Shown piece after piece: positions 22,681 to 32,096 of a stretch of 64,000 nucleotides of DNA. Below the pieces are notes generated by a model that made no database searches, had not been told where the DNA came from, and saw only the letters and a list, made by a program, of their open reading frames with translations. The translations under genes were made by a program, and so were the position numbers. The stretch lies in NCBI GenBank assembly GCA_048886685.1, contig JBHLKM010000001.1:160001-224000 (forward strand), read 5' to 3'. Every line of letters begins with the position of its first letter. Positions within the stretch are counted from its first letter, which is position 1. This DNA comes from Candidatus Hodarchaeota archaeon. GTDB lineage: Archaea; Asgardarchaeota; Lokiarchaeia; Sigyniarchaeales; SOKP01.

Positions 22681-23339
22681 GAAAAACGTTTGAAGAAAAG
22701 GATCCGTTGGAAGTCGTTGGGTGTGCTAAAGGTCATTCACATGAGGAATTAATACATAATCTTCCCCGTCATTATGATTATTATCCTGGTCTTATCCAAC
22801 AGATTAAAAAAATTCCAGAAGTTGTCTTACGTAATTCTGGTACTCCATTCGCAAAAAAAATTAACCGTATGATGCGTGAGATTTCTAAAGAAACTTATCG
22901 GGCTATACAATTCACACGTACTGAAATTAATAATAGGGGGGTATTATTTGGAGTAGTTTCTCTCAAACACAAGGTGATAGATCGTGTCTTAAGTTATTTC
23001 CATAAGAGATGGCCAGATTGTATAATCTGTCTATATAATGAACATACCCACAGAACTTCAACAATGGATGAAGAAGGGAAATTTTGTGGGTTTGACACTC
23101 CACTAAAAGCTGTTGTAGAAAATGTAAGTAAAAATCGTCCCCTTATTCCATATTTCGATGATATCCAATTTACTGGAGAGGAAATCTTCGAGACACTATA
23201 TAAATCACAGTTTATTGCCGAACGAGAGAATCCATCCTTTTATAAAAGGATGATTCCAGATAAGTGTTTTGAATTGCCTGGGATGAGAGGTGGAGTAGAA
23301 AAGCGTTTTCGAAATAAAAGGATTAATGACTATATATAA
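22677..23339 (+). CDS. DUF4130-domain partner of the radical SAM protein
   Basis: 4-nt overlap with the radical SAM gene. E..RAIQFTR, YFHKRW and LYKSQFIAERENP pattern. Confidence 0.75.
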   Translation: MRKTFEEKDPLEVVGCAKGHSHEELIHNLPRHYDYYPGLIQQIKKIPEVVLRNSGTPFAKKINRMMREISKETYRAIQFTRTEINNRGVLFGVVSLKHKVIDRVLSYFHKRWPDCIICLYNEHTHRTSTMDEEGKFCGFDTPLKAVVENVSKNRPLIPYFDDIQFTGEEIFETLYKSQFIAERENPSFYKRMIPDKCFELPGMRGGVEKRFRNKRINDYI

Positions 23340-23341
23340 TA

Positions 23342-24118
23342 TTATATGATTTTTGCAAATATTTCTTTTGCTTCCCTGTAAGAAGAATTATCATGTGATA
23401 AATCTAGCAAATTTCCCCCAATTAAGTTAATTTCGCTGATTTCATCATTATTAGAGATAAATCCTAATAATTTTACATTTTGTTGATTGATTTTTTCAAT
23501 TTCCTTTATTAGAATATCTCTAAGGCTTTCTGGAAAACGATTTCCTAATACCCATATATTCTCAAATTGTAAATCTACTTCGTTGGCAATTTCCAGAATC
23601 CGTCTTAACGTATGGATACCCATTTTAGAAGGATCTGTGACAACTACTAAGTCAGTTACATTTCGACCTGTTTTTCGTGCGAAATGTTCTAATCCCGCAG
23701 GAGAATCTAATAAGGTGATATCATAATTTTTAGAAAGGGTATCAATCACATTCTTTAATACAGAATTAATATAACAATAGCATCCTTCTCCTTCTTGTCG
23801 ACCCATTTCTAAGAGATCAAAATCATTCATTTCTATCAAGCATTCGTAAACATCACCTTCAATAACTTGATTTTTAGGAACATCTAGAGGTAATTGTCTT
23901 TTTTGGATTTTATCTTTTAAAACTTTCATCTTTCCACCAATTGTATCGCAAAACTTTACTTCCTCTCCAATTACATCTGCAATATTAGCATCAGGATCAG
24001 AATCTATCACCAAAACATCCAGATTATTTTTATTTTCTAAGATATATTTTAAGAATAGTGCTAGAGAAGTTGTTTTTCCAACACCTCCTTTACCACTAAA
24101 TGCTATAATTTTTTTCAT
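23342..24118 (-). CDS. cooC: CooC/AcsF-type nickel-insertion ATPase
   Basis: GKGGVGKT, DSDPD, GEGCYC, DSPAGLEH. Confidence 0.85.
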   Translation of the reverse strand: MKKIIAFSGKGGVGKTTSLALFLKYILENKNNLDVLVIDSDPDANIADVIGEEVKFCDTIGGKMKVLKDKIQKRQLPLDVPKNQVIEGDVYECLIEMNDFDLLEMGRQEGEGCYCYINSVLKNVIDTLSKNYDITLLDSPAGLEHFARKTGRNVTDLVVVTDPSKMGIHTLRRILEIANEVDLQFENIWVLGNRFPESLRDILIKEIEKINQQNVKLLGFISNNDEISEINLIGGNLLDLSHDNSSYREAKEIFAKII

Positions 24119-24268
24119 TACACTCCTCTCAATGCGAGTTTTTAATCTCTAATTAAAGATAATAGATTTAAGGTTAAAAATTTATTATAAATAATTAAAA
24201 AGATAAAACTGCTTTCTAATAGGAAAAATTAACTTGTTCAATAGAGAAATTAATAATAAATAGAACTT

Positions 24269-24973
24269 TTGATTTTTCGTAATAGGAGTGATGTAACTCT
24301 GGAAAAGATAAATGAAAAAATAGAAATTAAAGGAATTATATTTGATTTTGACTTTACATTAGCAGATTCATCTAAAGGAGTTCTAGAATGCATAAATTAT
24401 GCTTTACAGGAGATTGGGTTTAAAAAGTTCCCAGCAAAAGAGATTAATAAAACGATCGGTCTTACACTTGAACACACGTTAATCAACCTAGTAGGAGAGC
24501 AACATAGAGATAAGGCTGAAAAATTCAAGCATTTTTTCATTAAAAAAGCAGATGAAGTTATGGCAGATCTTACTATATTATTTTCAGAGACACCTGCCGT
24601 AATTCAATTTTTATTCGAGAAGGGAATTAAACTAGGTATTGTCTCTACGAAATTTCGTTATAGAATTGAAGCTATTTTGAGTAGAGAAAATCTTCTAAAT
24701 TTTTTTGAAGTTATTATTGGTGGAGAAGATATATCAACTCTTAAACCCAATCCATATGGTTTGTTGTTAGCAGCTAATAAATTAAATTTACAGCCCTCAG
24801 AAGTTATCTATGTAGGAGACAGTATAATTGATGCAGAAACGGCTAATAGGGCAGGTATCTCATTTATTGCTGCCCTTTCAGGAGTTGCTACCCGAGATAC
24901 CTTCAGTCAACTTCAAGTAAAAGATTTTATTAATAATATCTCTGAAATTCCAAGCAAATTGGGTATTAAATAA
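24269..24973 (+). CDS. HAD family hydrolase (phosphoglycolate phosphatase-like)
   Basis: FDFDFTL, VST, KPNP, YVGDS..D. The start may be the CTG at 24299. Confidence 0.88.
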   Translation: MIFRNRSDVTLEKINEKIEIKGIIFDFDFTLADSSKGVLECINYALQEIGFKKFPAKEINKTIGLTLEHTLINLVGEQHRDKAEKFKHFFIKKADEVMADLTILFSETPAVIQFLFEKGIKLGIVSTKFRYRIEAILSRENLLNFFEVIIGGEDISTLKPNPYGLLLAANKLNLQPSEVIYVGDSIIDAETANRAGISFIAALSGVATRDTFSQLQVKDFINNISEIPSKLGIK

Positions 24974-24993
24974 AGAATAGAAATGAGATATTA

Positions 24994-25800
24994 TTATTGT
25001 TCCTGTCTATACACCGGAACAATTTTTGAGGTAAATTCCTCAAGTGCATAAGGAAACTCATCTTCACTAGCAATTTTCCCCAATTCTAACATTATTTGTC
25101 TGGCTAAGAGCCAAAATGCTAATCCCAATGCTTTCTTACCTCGATTGTTTGCGGGAATTGCCAGATCTATACCATCAAGGATGTCATCAGTATCAAAAAG
25201 AGCTACGACAGGAATTCGGGCTAATTTTGCTTCTCTTAAAATTACCTTATCAGCATGTGGATCAACAATTACCACAACGCTAGCATCCTTTATATAGGTT
25301 TCTATTAGCGGATTGGTTAAACTTCCTGGTATAAATCGATTTGTAACGGCTTTACACCCTAGAACTTCACAGAATCTTTTAACAGGCTCTTTTCCATATC
25401 TTCTAACAGAAGTAACTATCACTCTGTCGCTCCCTTCCTCAATATATTTGGATAAGAACTTCGCCGCAATTTTTAATCTCTCGTCTGTTTTAGTTAAGTC
25501 AATAACATATAAACCATAGTTAGTTTGTCTATAAATAAATCTTCGAGCGTCACCAGTTAATAATTTTGTACCAATATGTATACCACAACTTAAATAAAGT
25601 TGCTTTCTTTCCTCATCTTTATCAACTAATTCCTCTTTTAGTTCAATTCCAGCTTCGATGTCTTCAGCATCTAATAATTCAAGTTCTTCTTCAAGATCTA
25701 AATCTTCTTCAAAATCCACCTCTAACTCTTCTTCAAAGTCTTCTAAAGTCTCTTCGTTCTTTACGGTTTTTTCTTCAGTCTTTTTCTTCTTCTTAGCCAA
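24994..25800 (-). CDS. rps2: 30S ribosomal protein uS2 with acidic N-terminal extension
   Basis: GIHIGT, RFIPGSLTNP, EAKLARIPV, IPANNRG. TTG start. Confidence 0.95.
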   Translation of the reverse strand: MAKKKKKTEEKTVKNEETLEDFEEELEVDFEEDLDLEEELELLDAEDIEAGIELKEELVDKDEERKQLYLSCGIHIGTKLLTGDARRFIYRQTNYGLYVIDLTKTDERLKIAAKFLSKYIEEGSDRVIVTSVRRYGKEPVKRFCEVLGCKAVTNRFIPGSLTNPLIETYIKDASVVVIVDPHADKVILREAKLARIPVVALFDTDDILDGIDLAIPANNRGKKALGLAFWLLARQIMLELGKIASEDEFPYALEEFTSKIVPVYRQEQ

Positions 25801-26024
25801 TGTAGTAGCCTTATTTTTTTTATATTTTTATTCAATCTACTATTCAATAACAAAAATATCAAAGAGTTATGAATATTTGATTAAATACATCATAACTTTA
25901 ATATTTTATTGAGAGAAACTTTCTAATTATTTCAGAACTTAAGAATTAAAATAGCAAAAATGATTTTAATTATTATTCAATCATAATTATATCTTGATAA
26001 ATTAATTTTAAGCTGATATAAACA

Positions 26025-26513
26025 ATGGCTTCCTACCGTTTAATTTTTGGGATTCTTATAGGAATTATTTTGAGCTTTTTAACTGTGTTTTTCTTTAATA
26101 TGGAAAATATTTTTAACCAAATCCAAATTTATGCTGATACTGATATACTAAAAGCAATCGCATTGTTAATAGGAGCAAATTTTAAATTTGATATCATCGC
26201 TTTTTTTACTGGAACTTTAAGTGTCTCCGGTTTCTTTGCAGCCCAACTTTTAGCTTGGCTTTTTGTAGGATATATTAGCGGTACGATTGCAAAAGGCTTA
26301 CGAAGAGGGATAATTGCAGGTTTACTAGTTGTAGTTATTGATATTTTGTTATGGATAATTTTAAGCATTATTTCTGGTGAAGATTTGATGGCTTTATTCC
26401 AAGGAACACAATTATCAGAAACTTTAGGGGGAATTATAAGTGGTCTATTAGGAGCGTTTATAGGAGGTTCAATTGGAGGTTTAGTCAGCGGACCCTATGA
26501 AGAATTTTATTAG
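26025..26513 (+). CDS. Hypothetical membrane protein
   Basis: About 4 Gly-rich TM helices. Confidence 0.7.
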   Translation: MASYRLIFGILIGIILSFLTVFFFNMENIFNQIQIYADTDILKAIALLIGANFKFDIIAFFTGTLSVSGFFAAQLLAWLFVGYISGTIAKGLRRGIIAGLLVVVIDILLWIILSIISGEDLMALFQGTQLSETLGGIISGLLGAFIGGSIGGLVSGPYEEFY

Positions 26514-26677
26514 GGTATGCTTAATTAAATAATCAAGAGTTCTTTCTCAAATTCTTATTCACTATTGGAATATATAGTTTAGTGATCTTGCATTTTCAAA
26601 TAGAGATTATAATTATTGGAACGTTAATATTTGTTGATACCTAAAATTTAAAGTTAATTAATTAATTATAAAAATTA

Positions 26678-27214
26678 ATGGCTAAGGAAGAAGAAATTTT
26701 ACCAGATCGTGAATACGCAATCGATTTACTTAGAAAGTTAAAAATTCCTTATTCAGTTAGGCGTCATTCTGAAAAAGTAGCAGATAAAGCTTTGGAAATA
26801 GCAAATAAAATAACTAAGGTTAAAGTAGATAAAAATCTAATTGAAATTGGGGCGCTTCTACATGATATTGGTAGAACGAAAACACATGGCTTCAAACACG
26901 CATTAATTGGAGGTAAAATTTTGAGAGAAAGAGGCTTTTCCGATAAACTTGCCAAAATTTGTGAAACTCACATACTAGGAGGATTGGATGTAGAGGATGC
27001 AAAGAGATTCAATCTACCTGAAAAAGATTTTTTGCCATTATCGCTAGAAGAGAAGATAATATGTTTAGCAGATAAACATATGGCTGGAACGAGGGAAGTT
27101 ACAATAACAGAAAGATTTAATCGTTGGTTTCAAAAGTATGGGAGAAGTCAAATTTTACTGAAGTCTAAAAAGCGTATTGAAAGAATACAAAAAGAAATAG
27201 AGAGTCTAATGTAA
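26678..27214 (+). CDS. HDIG/HD-domain protein
   Basis: RHS, LLHDIG, H..IG, ETH, EEKIICLADK. Confidence 0.88.
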   Translation: MAKEEEILPDREYAIDLLRKLKIPYSVRRHSEKVADKALEIANKITKVKVDKNLIEIGALLHDIGRTKTHGFKHALIGGKILRERGFSDKLAKICETHILGGLDVEDAKRFNLPEKDFLPLSLEEKIICLADKHMAGTREVTITERFNRWFQKYGRSQILLKSKKRIERIQKEIESLM

Positions 27215-27219
27215 TTTGA

Positions 27220-27720
27220 TCATTTGAATAATTTCTTCTTTAATTGATTTAAAATACCTTTATCTTCTATTATTTGTGTTAGAAAATCTGGTAATTTCTT
27301 AAAACCTATTTCTTTATTTTTAGTCTTATTAAAAATAATGCCTTCATTTAATCTTATTTCTAAATAATCGTCATGAGAAAATTCCTTTTTATCCCAATTT
27401 AATTGAATTCCTGGAATACCCAGATTAATCAGATTTCTAAAATAAATTCGAGCAAAAGATTTTGCGATAATAGCTTTAACTCCAAGAATTTTAAATACAT
27501 TGACAGCTTCTTCTCTCGAACTACCTGTTCCAAAATTTTCACCAGCGATAATAATATTATTTTTTGTAACAATTTCTACAAAATTTGGGTAAAGATATCT
27601 AAGAGTTTGTTTAGCCATATCAGCGGCATCTCTAAGGGTTAATGCATTGCTTGGAACAATATAATCTGTGTTTATATCATCTCCTAATATATATGTATAA
27701 CCTCTGATTATATTAATCAA
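27220..27720 (-). CDS. leuD: 3-isopropylmalate dehydratase/homoaconitase small subunit
   Basis: DINTDYI, NFGTGSSRE, SFARIYFRN. Substrate specificity is not resolved. Confidence 0.85.
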   Translation of the reverse strand: MINIIRGYTYILGDDINTDYIVPSNALTLRDAADMAKQTLRYLYPNFVEIVTKNNIIIAGENFGTGSSREEAVNVFKILGVKAIIAKSFARIYFRNLINLGIPGIQLNWDKKEFSHDDYLEIRLNEGIIFNKTKNKEIGFKKLPDFLTQIIEDKGILNQLKKKLFK

Positions 27721-28980
27721 TTATAACACCCCTCTTGGATCTGTTATCTTTCCATTTATAGCTGAAGCTGCAACAGTGGCTGGAGAAGCCAAGTAAATTT
27801 GAGAACTAGGAGCCCCCATTCTTCCCACAAAATTACGATTTGAGCTACTAATACAAATTTCATCAGGTCCTAATACACCCATATGACCACCTACACATGG
27901 TCCACAGGTAGAATGCCCAACTATCGCCCCAACTTTTAAAAAAATATCAATTAATCCTTCTTTTAAAGCTTCTTTATATATTTCCGTAGAAGCTGGGATA
28001 ACAATTAATCGTGTTTTTGAATTAACTTTTTTTCCTTTGAGAATCTTTGCGGCTATACGGAAATCTTCCATTCTTCCATTTGTACAACTACCTATGAATG
28101 CTTGATCAATCTCAATACCCTCTACTTCCTCTACATTGGCTATATTACCTGGATTTGAAGGTTTCGCAACAATGGGAGTGATTTCCGAAAGGTTATAATT
28201 GAATTCTTTTTCATAAGTGGCATCGTTATCAGGATATACATACTTATAAGGTATGTCGGTTCTTTTTTCTAACCATCTCGTTAATTTATCATCTGCTAGA
28301 AATACCCCAAATTTAGCTCCTGCTTCTACTACCATATTTGTGATTGTCATCCTTCCATCAATAGAAATATCCCTTATAGCATTACCATGAAATTCCAATG
28401 ATTTATAAATTGCACCTTTAGTAGTTAAATCTCCTATTAGTTTCAATATAAAATCTTTAGACATTATACCTTTATCTAATACACCTTTAAGGTTTATTTT
28501 AAAAGATTCTGGTACTTTAAACCAGAGATTTCCTGTTGCGAAGGCAACAGATACATCAGTAGCACCAATACCCGTAGATAGACAATTAAAAGCGCCATAT
28601 GTAGTTGTATGACTATCAGAACCCACTATCAGCATTCCAGGCCTAGAAAAACCCATTTCTGGTAAGACTTGGTGACAAATCCCTTTATTCATTCCAACGT
28701 TATTTATAAATTTATATTTTTCAGCAAAAATTCGGCAATCTTGATGCATTTCTGCCGCAGAAATTGTAGGTGCAGGAACCCAGTGATCCAATATGAAAAA
28801 GATTTTATTTGGATCCCAAACATAATCTATTCCTAATTTTTCATACTCTTTATGAATTCTTCCTCCTAGTTGCTCGTGAACCATTATTAAATCAATGTTG
28901 CATTCAATAAATTGACCTGGAACCACTTTTTTAACATTTGAATGTTCTAACAATATTTTTTCAGCGATTGTATAACTCAT
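27721..28980 (-). CDS. leuC: 3-isopropylmalate dehydratase/homoaconitase large subunit
   Basis: DH, GICHQ, DSHT, GSCTNGR, CGPC, SNRNF. Confidence 0.88.
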   Translation of the reverse strand: MSYTIAEKILLEHSNVKKVVPGQFIECNIDLIMVHEQLGGRIHKEYEKLGIDYVWDPNKIFFILDHWVPAPTISAAEMHQDCRIFAEKYKFINNVGMNKGICHQVLPEMGFSRPGMLIVGSDSHTTTYGAFNCLSTGIGATDVSVAFATGNLWFKVPESFKINLKGVLDKGIMSKDFILKLIGDLTTKGAIYKSLEFHGNAIRDISIDGRMTITNMVVEAGAKFGVFLADDKLTRWLEKRTDIPYKYVYPDNDATYEKEFNYNLSEITPIVAKPSNPGNIANVEEVEGIEIDQAFIGSCTNGRMEDFRIAAKILKGKKVNSKTRLIVIPASTEIYKEALKEGLIDIFLKVGAIVGHSTCGPCVGGHMGVLGPDEICISSSNRNFVGRMGAPSSQIYLASPATVAASAINGKITDPRGVL

Positions 28981-30200
28981 CGTTCCTCACATAATAATTC
29001 TTTATTTTCACACAGAATTTCATAATCATTATCAAGCATTAATATTGATTTGCGAATAATTAAAAAGGCTTCGTATAAAACTTTAGGATCCACCTTATCT
29101 GGAGTATCAACCTTATTATGCGTGTATTTTCCAGCAACTCTAGTTACGATATCAATAGAATCGTATCCTTCTAGATGAAATGGAACAGAATCCGTATGTG
29201 CTCCAACAGATAAATGAAATCCACTTATTATTATATTTTCTTTAACTGCAGCTTCATCTAAATACTTACTAAGAAGTGGTGCTATTTTTTTTCTTGGCAA
29301 GACACCATATGATTCTAAATATTCTACTCTATTTCTCGAATTTCCTGCACACGAGATCATATCTAAATTAAAATGAAATGTCTTACCCTTTATGAATTGT
29401 TTTGTTCGTTTATTTACGAAATTCCGTGAGCCCATTGTCCCCAATTCTTCTGCGGAAAATTGACAGAACCAGAGATTAAAATTTGAAAGTGGATTTTCTT
29501 TAAAGTAATTACTTAAGACAAAAACAATTGCCATACCAGAAGCATTATCCAAAGCCCCCGGTGATTCATTTTGTGTATTTAGGAACAATAAAAATATATT
29601 TGATATAGAAATTATAATTGTACATACCCACATTCCAGTACCTACTACTGTTAAATTCAATTTTAGAGGTGAATAAGTCCGAATAAATAATGCAATTAAA
29701 AAACCACCTAGAAATATCCCAGTATAAAGCCAAATTCGATAAAAGACTACTCTCCAGGATGTTTTAAACGTTTGTGATTTAGAATCTAAATGAGCTGAGA
29801 TGACAATATTTCCTGCTTCAGCAGTATGCAATTTATTTGCGGGAATTTTTACAAATACATTTGTAGCTGAGAGTGTATTACCATAATATTCCCCCCAGAA
29901 ACCGGGAGTTTCCGGATGTTTCAGTCCTTTAATAATCAGGAAAATTAAGAAAATTCCAGTTCCAATAACAAATACTGAAAGAACTAAATTAACATAAGCG
30001 AACATTAGAATAAATAAGGAAAAAGTCAAATTAATCACCATAATAAGTTTAATTAATGTTGTTGAGTAAAAATCAGAGAATTCGAAAGGTTCTCTTTGTA
30101 TATTAGAATCCTCAAAACCAATTTTTCTAAATGCATCAATGGTAAGAGCAACTGCTTGTTTTTCTCCTTCAGTACCAACTAAACGGGGAAAACTAAACAT
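28977..30200 (-). CDS. Membrane-embedded M28 family metallopeptidase (paralog of 15719..16891)
   Basis: AHLDSK, GALDNASG, AEE, NLD, TH..DT. The start may extend to the CTG at 30239. Confidence 0.82.
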   Translation of the reverse strand: MFSFPRLVGTEGEKQAVALTIDAFRKIGFEDSNIQREPFEFSDFYSTTLIKLIMVINLTFSLFILMFAYVNLVLSVFVIGTGIFLIFLIIKGLKHPETPGFWGEYYGNTLSATNVFVKIPANKLHTAEAGNIVISAHLDSKSQTFKTSWRVVFYRIWLYTGIFLGGFLIALFIRTYSPLKLNLTVVGTGMWVCTIIISISNIFLLFLNTQNESPGALDNASGMAIVFVLSNYFKENPLSNFNLWFCQFSAEELGTMGSRNFVNKRTKQFIKGKTFHFNLDMISCAGNSRNRVEYLESYGVLPRKKIAPLLSKYLDEAAVKENIIISGFHLSVGAHTDSVPFHLEGYDSIDIVTRVAGKYTHNKVDTPDKVDPKVLYEAFLIIRKSILMLDNDYEILCENKELLCEER

Positions 30201-30360
30201 TTTGACATAATTATGAAGTTTATTTTTATGATTAGACAGTTTATTAGTTCCCCCTTAATCTTCAATTTTAATCGAAATTCATATTTAAATTTTGTTTAAA
30301 TTCAGCCAAATTTTTAAAATAATAAGGATAATTTAGGTTTTATCATTATAAATTTTAATT

Positions 30361-30963
30361 TTACGTATTTAGCATATCCAAAACTAATTTTTGTATCTTC
30401 TCTTGGACAAATTCTATAATATCATCTGAACTAATTATATGATATCCTTCTTGTTTAGCTCGGGAAAGATATAGATTTCTCACTTTATCTAAAAAGGTAT
30501 TATTCTCAAATTTTTCTAAATATTCTCCGTTTTTCCGAGCTAATGCAATTTTAGGATCAATATCTAAAATTATGGTAATGTCAGGATGACCTATAAATTT
30601 ATTCAACTCTTTTACCCACTCAATTGTTATCCTATCAGATTGAATAGATTGGTATATTATAGATGATTCTATATAACGATCAGAGATTACCATGTATCCA
30701 TCATCCAGTTTTTTCTTTATTTCATTATGATAATGTAAATCTCTATCTGCTGCAAACAATAAAGCATCTGTCGTAGGGGGAATTTCCTTATTTTTCAAGA
30801 ATTTTCTCAATAATTTCCCTATATCGCTTTTAGATGGTTCTTGGGTTAGGTGAACTTTAAAACCCTTCTTATGCTCTAAGAATCCGGCAAGAAGTTGACT
30901 ATGAGTAGTGGTACCACATCCATCGATGCCATCTAAAACAATAAAGAGGGATTTTTGGGTCAA
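30361..30963 (-). CDS. tmk: dTMP kinase
   Basis: DGIDGCGTTT P-loop, LLFAADR, SDRY..SS. Confidence 0.92.
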   Translation of the reverse strand: MTQKSLFIVLDGIDGCGTTTHSQLLAGFLEHKKGFKVHLTQEPSKSDIGKLLRKFLKNKEIPPTTDALLFAADRDLHYHNEIKKKLDDGYMVISDRYIESSIIYQSIQSDRITIEWVKELNKFIGHPDITIILDIDPKIALARKNGEYLEKFENNTFLDKVRNLYLSRAKQEGYHIISSDDIIEFVQEKIQKLVLDMLNT

Positions 30964-31173
30964 TATAATTTATGAAATGTAGTTTTCAATTGAAATTTTA
31001 AATGTATCTATTAATTAAATAATCAATAAGAACTTATTTGATTTAATCTTAATTAACTTAGATTATTAATTTTTTAACAAATTAAAGCATTTACAGTAAT
31101 GAAGTAAAGTGTTGTTCCAAAAAGATTAAATAGATTAAATATTACCTAAGAAAACAAAATATTATATTTCAAA

Positions 31174-31557
31174 ATGCAGACTCGTAATCCAACAGGATTT
31201 TGTCCAAGATGTAACCAAAATGTATTGTTAACCCGTAAAGATTTTGATACTTGTTTGGCAATAATTTTGTTAATTTTTACAGCGGGCATTGGTTTAATTA
31301 TTTATTTAGCCGTTTATTACAGTAGAGGTGAGGACAGATGTGTACATTGTGGTACTCAGATTACTCTTGCTCCATCTCAGAAATCCTATTCATACCAACC
31401 CCAAACGCAAACTCAATCCACATTATCTCCTACACCCGTCAGCATATCTGAAGAAATAAGAGGAGGAATACCAAATTTTTGTCCTTTATGTGGTGAAAAA
31501 TTAGAACTTGGAACAAAATTTTGTCCAAATTGTGGTAGTAAAACTACGGGAGAGTAA
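31174..31557 (+). CDS. LITAF-like zinc-ribbon membrane protein with C-terminal double zinc ribbon
   Basis: CPRC-hydrophobic stretch-CVHC, Q/S/P linker, CPLC..CPNC. Confidence 0.7.
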   Translation: MQTRNPTGFCPRCNQNVLLTRKDFDTCLAIILLIFTAGIGLIIYLAVYYSRGEDRCVHCGTQITLAPSQKSYSYQPQTQTQSTLSPTPVSISEEIRGGIPNFCPLCGEKLELGTKFCPNCGSKTTGE

Positions 31558-31701
31558 ATTTATCGAATTTACTGATTAAATCTCCATTCCAATTTAATTT
31601 TGTCTTTTAATCCAATCAAATATTGGTCTAAAGATCATTAAAGAATCAAAATAATTTAGATATCATTAAAGAATTAAAAAAAATTGGAGGTAAAATAAAT
31701 A

Positions 31702-32067
31702 ATGTATTGTACTCATTGTAATAGGAATGTAGAGACAAAAAAGATGGAGTTCAATGTTGCATTAGCGATATTCTTAGCGATATTTACAGGTGGTATTGGC
31801 TTATTAATTTATGTTGCGATATTTCTGGATAGAGAAAAAAGACCTCGCTGTATTCATTGTAATTCGGTCTGTTATACTCAAAATATTACTCAACCAAGTT
31901 CAAATTACCAGTTAATTACTACACCCAATCAATATCAGAATCAGAAAGCTATTTTAGTATCTCAACAAGTTGAGGAAAAAGCAAAATTTTGTTACAACTG
32001 TGGTGTTGAGTTGAATCAAAGAGAAGAAGCTCGATTTTGTCCTCTATGTGGAACAAGTACCCAATAA
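31702..32067 (+). CDS. LITAF-like zinc-ribbon membrane protein (tandem paralog)
   Basis: CTHC-LAIFLAIFTGGIGLLIY-CIHC, CYNC..CPLC. Confidence 0.7.
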   Translation: MYCTHCNRNVETKKMEFNVALAIFLAIFTGGIGLLIYVAIFLDREKRPRCIHCNSVCYTQNITQPSSNYQLITTPNQYQNQKAILVSQQVEEKAKFCYNCGVELNQREEARFCPLCGTSTQ

Positions 32068-32096
32068 ATATGATTTTCTTTTTATTATTTTAAAAT

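Noticed and set aside
25566-25912. Ser-rich and other + strand ORFs opposite rps2, and the many 60-140 aa antisense ORFs in the track
   Set aside because: Shadow frames of well-supported genes on the other strand.
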